Source of the DNA: Malacoraja senta
Lineage: Eukaryota
DNA: 64,000 nucleotides
NCBI GenBank assembly: GCA_038087875.1
Contig: JAXLNO010000313.1
Span: 1-64,000, forward strand
Direction of reading: 5' to 3'
In this document: positions 53,640 through 64,000 of the stretch, piece by piece
Layout: each line of letters begins with the position of its first letter
Position numbering within the stretch: position 1 is the stretch's first letter
The notes under the pieces: generated by a model
Databases searched by the model: none
Told to the model about the DNA's origin: nothing
The model's input: the letters and a program-made list of their open reading frames with translations, nothing else
Position numbers and translations under genes: made by a program

Positions 53640-54459
53640 GGCAGGCTCACAGAGAGAGAGACAGGGAAAAATAGACACACAGAGAACCTAGAGAGGAAAA
53701 GACAGAGACCAGAGACAGAGTGAGAGAGGGACAGAGACACAGAGAGAGGCAGCAAGAGACAGAGAGTCAGAGAGATACAGAGATACGTACAGAGATAGAC
53801 CAATAGAGAGAGAGAGAGACAGACCGAGAGAGGCAAACAAAGACAGATATAGAGAGAAATGAAAAGACAGAGAGTGACAGAGACACAGACAGATAGACAG
53901 AGAGATACAGTGATACAGAGAGACAGAGTGAGACAGAGATAGAGAGAGACAGACCGACAGAGGCAAGCATAGATATAGATGCACAGTATACTTGTATTTA
54001 TACTTATGCATTTTGAATATGTATGTCATGTTTGATACTTTGGCAATATAACAATGTATTTTATCATGCCAACAAACTTTTTTAATTGAAACAAAATTGA
54101 AATTGAGAGAGATGGAAAGACAAAGAGAGTGAGAGCGGCAGAGAGAGGCAGAAAGAGAGACAGCGAGAGAGGGAGAAACAGAGACAGAGAGATAGAGAGG
54201 GAGAGCAAAACAGAGACAGACAGACACTGTGAGAGGATGACAGAGAGAGTGAGAGACAGAGTGAGAGAGACAGACAGACAGAGAGAGGGAGACAGAGGGG
54301 CAGACAGAGAGTGCTGGAGTAACTCAGCGGGTCAGGTAGCATCTGTGGAGAGAAGGAATGGGTGACATTTTGGGTCGAGACCCTTCTTTGGTATAGTTTA
54401 GTTTAGAGATGCAGAGTGGAAACAGGTCTTTCGGCCCGCGCAGTCCGCGCCGACCAGTG

Positions 54460-55960
<1,501 letters not shown>

Positions 55961-56059
55961 CAGGTGGGGAACACAGAGGGTCAACAAGCGGGAAAACAAA
56001 ACAATATTTGCACATATTCGGTGCGTTTTTGTGGTGGAGGAAACCGTTATATAATTCTG

Positions 56060-56808
56060 TGCGGCACAGTGACGCAGCGGTACAGTTGCTGCCTCACCGC
56101 CAGAGACCCGGGCTCGACCCTGACTACGGCTGCTGTCTGTGCTGAGCTGTGCTGATGTCATTTAAGACTGAGGTGAGAAAACGTTTTCTCCCAGAGAGTT
56201 GTGAATTTATGGAATTCCCTGCCATAGAGGGCAGTGGAGGCCAAATCACTGGATAGATTTACATAGATACATAGAAAATAGGTGCAGGAGTAGGCCATTC
56301 GGCCCTTCGAGCCTGCACCGCCATTCAATATGATCATGGCTGATCATCCAACTCAGTATCCCGTACCTGCCTTCTCTCCATACCCCCCTGATCCCTTTAG
56401 CCACAAGGGCCACATTTAAGAGAGAGTTAGATAGAGCTCTAGGGGCTAGTGTAGTCAAGGGATATGGGGAGAAGGCAGGCACGGGTTATTGATAGGGGAC
56501 GATCAGCCATGATCGCAATGAATGGCGGTGCTGGCTCGAAAGCCTCCTCCTGCGTGTATTTCCTATGTTTCTATGTGGAGTTTGATTTTCCTCCCCTTGA
56601 TCTGCGAGGGTTTTTACTCCGTGTGCTCCGGTATCCTCCAACATTTTCAACGATGTTCAGGGTTGTAGTTTAATCGGCCTCCGCAAAATTATTAAATTGT
56701 CCGTAATGTGCGTTGCATAGTGCTAACGTACGGGGTGATCGCTGGTCGGCGCGGACTGCGCGGGCCGAAATATCTGTTTCCACGCTGCATCTCTAAACTA
56801 AACTAAAC
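56060..56808 (+). mobile_element. tRNA-derived V-SINE (HE1-like) split by CR1 fragments at ~56160-56575
   Basis: Head gcggcacagtgacgcagcggt...cccgggctcgaccc (A/B-box-like), V-domain-like ggagtttg...ctccggtatcctcc and (CTAAA)n tail. Confidence 0.7.
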
Positions 56809-57577
56809 CAAATAAGGGTCTCGACCCAAAAATCACCCATTCCTTCTCTCCACAGATGCTGCCTGACCCGCTGAGTTACTCCAGCACTCTATGTCTGCCT
56901 CTCTGTCTCCCTCTCTGTCTGTCTGTCTCCCTCTCTGTCTCTCACTCTCTCTGTCATTCTCTCGCAGTGTCTGTCTGTTTCTGTTTCTCTCTACCTCTCC
57001 ATCTCTCTGTCTCTGTTTCTCCCTCTCTCACGCTGTCTCTCTTTCTGCCTCTCTATGTCGCTCTCACTCTCTTTGTCTTTCCATCTCTCTCAATTTAATT
57101 TTTTTTTCATTTAAAAAGATTATTGGCATGATAAAATACATTGTTATATTGCCAAAGTATCAAACATGACATACATATTCAAAATGCATAAGTATAAATA
57201 CAAGTTTACAGTGCATCTATATCTATGTTTGCTTCTGTCTGTCTGTCTCTATCTCTATCTCACTCTGTCTCTCTGGATCTCTGTATCTCTCTCTCTATCT
57301 GTCTGTCTCTGTCTCTGTCACTCTCTGTCTTTTCATCTCTCTCTATATCTGTCTCTGTTTGCCTCTCTCGGTCTGTCTCACTCTCTCTCTATTGCTCTGT
57401 CTCTGTACGTCTCTGTATCTCTCTGTCTCTCTCTCTCTTGCTGCCTCTCTGTGTGTCTCTGTCTCCCTCTCTCACTCTGTCTCTGGTCTCTCTCTGTTTC
57501 TCTCTATGTTTCTCTGTGTGTGTCTCTTTCTCCCTGTCTCTCTCTGTGCGCCTCTCTCTTTCTCTCTCCCTCTCCCT

Positions 57578-58560
57578 ATATTAATGACCTGGATGAGGGA
57601 ATTGAAGGCAATATCTCCAAGTTTGCGGATGACACTAAGCTGGGGGGCAGTGTTAGCTGTGAGGAGGATGCTAGGAGACTGCAAGGTGACTTGGATAGGC
57701 TGGGTGAGTGGGCAAATGTTTGGCAGATGCAGTATAATGTGGATAAATGTGAGGTTATCCATTTTGGTGGCAAAAACAGGAAAGCAGACTATTTTCTAAA
57801 TGGTGGCCGACTAGGAAAAGGGGAGATGCAGCGAGACCTGGGTGTCATGGTACACCAGTCATTGAAAGTAGGCATGCAGGTGCAGCAGGCAGTGAAGAAA
57901 GCGAATGGTATGTTAGCTTTCATAGCAAAAGGATTTTGAGTATAGGAGCAGGGAGGTTCTACTGCAGTTGTACAGGGTCTTGGTGAGACCACACCTGGAG
58001 TATTGCGTACAGTTTGGTCTCCAAATCTGAGGAAGGACATTATTGCCATAGAGGGAGTGCAGAGAAGGTTCACCAGACAGATTCCTGGGATGTCAGGACT
58101 GTCTTATGAAGAAAGACTGGATAGACTTGGTTTATTACTCTCTAGAATTTAGGAGATTGAGAGGGGATCTTATAGAAACTTACAAAATTCTTAAGGGGTT
58201 GGACAGGCTAGATGCAGGAAGATTGCTCCCGATGTTGGGGAAGTCCAGGACAAGGGGTCACAGCTTAAGGATAAGGGGGAAATCCTTTAAACCGAGATGA
58301 GAAGAACTTTTTTCACACTGAGAGTGGTGAATCTCTGGAACTCTCTGCCACAGAGGGTAGTCGAGCCAGTTCATTGGCTATATTTAAGAGGGAGCTAGAT
58401 GTGGCCCTTGTGGCTAAAGGGATCAGAGGGTATGGAGAGAAGGCAGGTACGGGATACTGAGTTGGATGATCAGCCATGATCATATTGAATGCGGTGCAGG
58501 CTCGAAGGGCCGAATAGCCTTACTCCTGCAACTAATTTCTTATGTTTCTATGTTTCTATG
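57578..58560 (+). mobile_element. Well-preserved CR1 3' fragment, present only in the right arm of palindrome 2
   Basis: YINDLDEGIEGNISKFADDTKLGG...LQGDLDRL...YNVDKCEVIHFG; (TTTCTATG)n tail. The mirror position (~53507-53640) is uninterrupted (GA)n. Confidence 0.95.
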
Positions 58561-60107
58561 TTTTCTCATTCTGTCTCTCTCACTCTCTCTGTCCCTGGTC
58601 TTTCTGTATCTCTCTCTGTATCTCTCTCTCTATATATATATATAACCCCCTCTCTCTGTGTCACCCTCTCTCTCTGTGTCACCCTCTCTCTCTATCTTCC
58701 CCTCTCTCTATCTCTCCCCCATCTCTTTATCTCTCCCCCTTTCTCTCGCCCCCCTCTCTCTATCTCTTCACCTCCCTCCATCTTCTTCCCCTCTCTCTAT
58801 CCCTCCCCGTCCTTCTCTCTCTCCTCCTCTCTCTATCTCTCCCCCTCTCTCTATCTCCCCCCCCCCTTATCTATCGCTCCCCTCTATCCTCTCCCCTCTA
58901 TCTCTCTATCTTTAATTGGCATATGATAAAATACATTGATATATTGCCAAAGTATCAAACATGACATACATATTCAAAATGCATAAGTATAAATACAAGT
59001 ATACAGTGCATGGATAGATATGTCCCTGTACATAAACTCGCAATAGGCCTATAGCCCTTTATTGATTGCTACGCGTTCTTCGCAGCTGGAAGCAGTACAA
59101 CAGAACAGCAAGTTTAGCAATTCAATATTAATTTCTTAGTGTCAGTTAATATCAATTAGTGTGTGTGTACATATGTGCATATTAGTTATTTCACCGTCTC
59201 TCAGGTATGGCATGCTGTTAGGTATTGTGCACGAGGATGTGCCGTATTTCCATCACCAAGGATTATTCCTTAGTTTTGATGTATCATCTAGTTCTTTAAA
59301 ATCGTGGGATTGCCTGACTGAGTTTATCAAAGTATGTTTTCCTTGTTTTGTCAATTTTTTGTCTCTCTCTCTGTGTGTCTCTCTCTGAGTCTGTCTCTCT
59401 CTATCTCTCTCCCTCTCGCTGCCTCTCTCTCTTTCTCTCTCGCACACGCTCTCTGTCTCTGGTCTCTGTGTCTCTCTCTCTGTCTAGCTGTGTGTCTCTC
59501 TCTCTCTGTCTCTCTGTGTGTCTCTCTCTCTCTGGTTCTCCCGGTCTCTCTCTCTGGTTCTCCCTGTCTCTCAGAATCTTTCTCTCTTTCTCTGTCTCTC
59601 TCTGTCTCACTGTCCCTCTCCCTCTGTCAGTTTCTCTCTCTCTCTCTGTCTGTCGCTCTCCCTGTGTGTGTCTGTCTCTCCCTCTCTCTGTGTATCTTTC
59701 ACTGAGTCTGTCTATCTCATCCTCATTCTCTCTCCCTCTCTCTCAATGTTTCTCTCTCTGTCTCTGTCTCTCTGTCTCTGGTCTCTCTGTCTCTCTCTCT
59801 GTCTCTCTCTCTTTCTGTCTGTCATCCCTCTCACTGCACAACTCTCCGTCTCCCTCTTCCATCTACACATACATACATATATATAGATGTGGTATGTAGT
59901 GTGTTTGTTTATATTATTCTTAAAACAAATGTAATGCACTTTGGCAACGAGAGTAGTTTTTGAAATGTGCTATATAAATAAATGTGACGACTTGACTTGA
60001 CTTGACTCCCTCTCAATCTTGTTTCTGCCCCTCTTTTTCTGTCTCTCTTTCTGAGTCTGTCTCTCTCTTTCTTTCTCGCTCTCTCTCTCACTGCCTCTCT
60101 CTGGGTG

Positions 60108-60158
<51 letters not shown>

Positions 60159-60289
60159 AGCTCCCCCTCTCTCTGTCTGTCTCTCTCTCCCTCTCTGTCC
60201 CACTGTCTCTCACTCACTCTCTCTCCATCTTACTCTCCCTCTCTCTTTCTTCACTGTCTACCTCTATCTCTTTCTCCGACACTCCCCCC

Positions 60290-60429
<140 letters not shown>

Positions 60430-61199
60430 TCTGTCTCTCTCTCTCTGTGTCTGTCTCTCGCTCTGTCTCCCTTTCTTTCTCTGTCTATCAATGTCTCTCC
60501 CACTCTCAGTCTCTGTCTTCTCTCTCCGCCTCTCTGTGTCTCTCTCTATTACTCTCTGTTTCTCTCCACGTTGTCTCTATCACTGTGTCTCTCTCTCCGA
60601 ATCTGTCTCTCTCTTTCTCTCTCTCGCCGCCACTCTCTGTCTGTCTCCATGTCTCTGTCTCTCTCTGTCTGTCTCTCTATCCCTCCCTGTCTCTGTCTCT
60701 CTCTCTCTGACCCTCTGTCTCTAACTCTCTCTCTCTGTCTTCCCGTCTCTCCCTCTCTCTCTTTCTCTCTCTGTGTCTCTCTCTGTGTCTCTCTCTCTCT
60801 CGCTGCCTCTCCCGCTCTCTATCGCTCTCTCTCTCTCTCTCCCTCTGTATCTGTATCTCTCTAGCTGTCTCTCTCCCTCCCTCTGTGTCCGTGTCTTTCT
60901 CTCTGTCTCTCTCTCTGTGTCTCTCTGGACCGTTCCCGCTCCCCTCATCCCCGGAAATTATTCCGCCATCAGCTGGGGCGGGGGGGGGACTCACCTGCCC
61001 CCTGGACGCCCTCAATGGCCGCTCACGTCCCCGTCTCTCCGTCCACAGCAACGGCCCCTAAACCCTGCAGGAGGGGAACACAGAAGGGTCAAGAAGCTGG
61101 CGAACGGGGCATTACAAACGCGTCAATATTACTATCGCTTGAAGGGGGGAAAGTGGCGGGGTTGAAGGGGGAGGGGAGACTGCGGGTCAAAGGGGTTTG

Positions 61200-62890
61200 C
61201 GGGATGGGGGAGGGAGTGGGAGAGGGTGCGAGTGGGGGCGGGGGTGAGTGGAGGTGAGCGTGTGTGTGAGGGGAGGACGTTGAGTGGGTGGAGAGGTAGT
61301 TGAGTAAGGGGGCGATGGTCAGGGGGTGAGTGGGGGGAGGGGGTGATTGGGGAGGGGGTGAGTGGGTATGTGGGGGAGGGGTGAGTGGGGGTGGGTGAGT
61401 GGGGGAGGGGTGAGTACGGGGAGGCGGGTGAGTGGGGGGAGTAGGGGAGAGGGTGGGTGGGGGAGGGTGATGGTGAGTGGGGGTGGGGAGTGGTTAGTGG
61501 CAGTGGGGAGGGGTGAGTGGGGGGAGGGGGGGGAGTGTGGGAGCGTGTGAGTGGTGAGTGGGGGGTGCGATGAGTGGGGGGTGAATGGGGTGAGGTGCGA
61601 ATGGGGGAGGGGTGAGTGGGGTGAGTGGGGTGGGATGAGTGGGGGAGGGGAAGGTGGGAGAGGAGTGAGTGATGGGGGGAGGGAGGAGTGGGTGAGGGTG
61701 AGTGGGGGAGGGGGTGAGTGGGTGGGGGTTGAGGGGGTGAGTGGGCGAAGGGGTGAGTGGGGAGGGGTTGAGTTGGGGAGGGGGTGAGTGGGGGAGCGGG
61801 TGAGTCGGGGGAGGGGGGAGGGGGTAGAGGGGTGAGTGCGGGGAGGGGGTGAGTGGGGGTGGGGTAAGTGTGGGAGGGGGTGAGTGGGGGAGAGATGAGA
61901 GGGAGAGGGGTGAGGGGTGATTGGGGAGAGAGGTGAGGGGTGAGGGGGTGAGTGGGGGATGCGATGAAGGGGTGAGCGGGGGTGGGGATGAGTGGGGGAT
62001 GGGTGAGTGGGGGAAGGAGAGTGGGGGACGGGGTGAGGTGAGTGGGGGAACGGTGAGGGCGTGTGTGGGTGAGTGGGGTAGGGGGAGAGTGGTGAGGGTG
62101 TGAGGGGTAAGGGGGAGTGGGTGAGCGGGGGAGGGGTGAGTGTGGGAGGGGGTGAGGTGTCAGTGCGGGGTTGATAGGGAAAAATGTCCCCCGACATTAC
62201 TCCTCTTCACCCCGGCCGGCCGCTGCGCCCCCATCAGCCCCACCCCCCCCCCCCCCCCCCCCCCGGGGCGGAACGGGGTGAGTGCGGGAGTGGTGATGGG
62301 TGAGATGGTGAGGTGGTGAGTGGGGAGGGGATGAGTGGGGGAAGGGTGAGTGGGGGCAGGCGGGAGTGGAGGACGGGGTGAGGGGTGAGGGAGGAGATGA
62401 GTGGGGGTGGGGGTGTGGAGGCAGGGGTGAGTGGGGGCGGGGGGAGTGGGGAGGGGGTGAGGGGGCAAGGGGTGAAGGGTGAGGGGTTAATGGGTGAGTG
62501 GGGGTGGGGGAATGGGGGACGGGGTGAGGGGTGAGTGGGAGGAAGGGTGAGGGTGTGTGTGGGTGAGTGGGGGCGGTGGTGAGTGGGGGGAGGGGGTGAG
62601 TGGGGGGAACGGTGTGTGTGTGTGTGGGTGAGTGGGTCAATGGGGAGGGGGTAGTGGGGGAGGTGGTGTTTGGGAGGAGGGGGTTTGGGAGGGGGTGAGT
62701 GGGGTGGTTGTGAGGGGTGAAGGGGGAGGGGAAGGGGTGAAGGGTGAGGGTTAACGGGTGTGGGGAGTGGGGGTGTGGGGGGTGGGGGGACGGGGCGAGT
62801 GGGGGGAAGGGTGAGGGTGTGTGTGGGAGTGGGGAGGTGGTGGGTGGGGGAGGGGTGAGTGGGGGAGGGGTGAGTGGGGGGGGGTGGGTG
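61200..62890 (+). repeat. G-rich GGGTGAGTGGG-type degenerate minisatellite (C-rich mirrors 50205-50950, 42870-43127)
   Basis: Direct reading; includes an internal duplication (~62140-62260 vs ~62870-62985). Confidence 0.9.
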
Positions 62891-62929
62891 TCAGTTCGGG
62901 GTTGAGAGGGAAATGTCCCCCGACATTAC

Positions 62930-63312
62930 TCCTCCTCCACCCCGCCGGCCGCTTCGATCCCATCAGCCCCCCTCCCCCACCACCGCGCGGGACGGTGGTG
63001 TCTGTATGTCGCGGCCCCGGTCCGCCCGGCCCGGCCCGGCCTTCAACATTCCCCGAGCCGCCGCTCCCTCCGCTCCAAGCGCCAACCCCAATGGCGGGAG
63101 GGCGGTCAGTGAGTGTCTCCAGGTGCGAGGCCGGAGACGGGAGCCGCCCCGGCACCCGATCCGCGGCTAACCCCGCCTGGAGGACCGGACCAGACCGGAG
63201 GACGACGGGCGATAGGCTCGCCGCACCCCACCTGGAGAACCGGACCAGGAGCCGCGGTGCCTGCCTCTACCAGTGACGGGGACGGGCGGTGAGGATGGCG
63301 CATGCGCAGCGG
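62930..63312. promoter_or_regulatory. Inverted paralogous CpG-rich promoter-like region, NRF1 site 63298-63308
   Basis: Reverse complement of 49785-50165 with the NRF1 site retained. Confidence 0.55.
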
Positions 63313-64000
63313 TAGAGCTGCTGCCTGACAGCCACAATGATGGATCCACCCACCGGGAGTTGTTTTTGTTCTTGGTTCTCGGTTTCTTGGTTTCTTGTTC
63401 CTCCAAATATTCCAAATGGAATTTGAACTGGAGGTGGTGGAGGGAGTTAAGGGCAGGAAGGGTTTTTGGGAAGAAAGAGCTGCCTTCAATTTAGTTGCAT
63501 TTTGATGGGTAACTATAGTAGGGGCTGTCTTGTCTTCTCTCTTCTCGCCATCCAATATCCTACATACATATCCACAATATTAGCATTTGTTACAGGGATA
63601 CAGGTTGAATGAATGAATGAAAAAATACAATAATATTTTTTATTATAAATACAAATAATTAGAAACAAGTAATTCGAGATCACAAGAAAGAAACTGAAGA
63701 AATATAATTTATGTGTGTGTGTGATATATGATTGTATATATGTGTTTATAATAAGAAACGAGAAATATATATATGTGTGTGTTATATAATTCTCATAGGT
63801 CCCCCAACACAATATTCCACCTCTCCACCAACTCCAATATTCCACCGTGTCCTTTCCCACCCCCTCCTCCCTTCCAGAGTGCGATCCTGCGGCCGGCAAA
63901 CCGAGGCGTGCAGGCGAGGGGGATGTGAGTGAGTCAGGTCTGGTGGCCTCTGGTCCTCCAACTGTAGCTCGCAGATGGCGGCTGGAGGCCGCTGTGCAGC

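Noticed and set aside
56060..56135. tRNA gene
   Set aside because: A/B-box-like head without a proper cloverleaf, continuing into a V-SINE body.

Overview
Repeat-rich vertebrate genomic DNA, not prokaryotic. The CR1/L2 LINEs, V-SINE, spliceosomal signals and C2H2 zinc-finger family suggest a cartilaginous fish, probably a skate or ray (inference). Two large inverted duplications organise the window. Palindrome 1 (arms <=1-10190 and 16919-27450, ~6.7 kb spacer) carries two convergent genes encoding an identical 383-aa rapunzel-like protein (2073-3224 +, 23836-24987 -), the only intact CDSs found. Each gene is preceded by tandem copies of its own 5' exon/intron/acceptor cassette that lack a CDS. 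Diverged relatives of these flanking modules form an array at ~30-35.5 kb and two ~250-bp hairpins. Palindrome 2 (arms 49091-54457 and 56742->=64000) encloses a degenerate ~15-finger C2H2 ZNF gene, and each arm has a CpG-rich NRF1-type promoter. The 7.1-kb direct duplication either side of the 200-N gap (35989-43127 / 43328-50464) is most likely an assembly overlap artefact. Mobile elements include non-autonomous Helitrons with both termini, a TIR element with filled and empty sites, decayed hAT and Tc1 transposases, many CR1 fragments, an L2, a V-SINE, LINE tails lodged in (GA)n, and short inserts with a minimal hammerhead-like motif. All identities and family calls are by eye; no searches were run.
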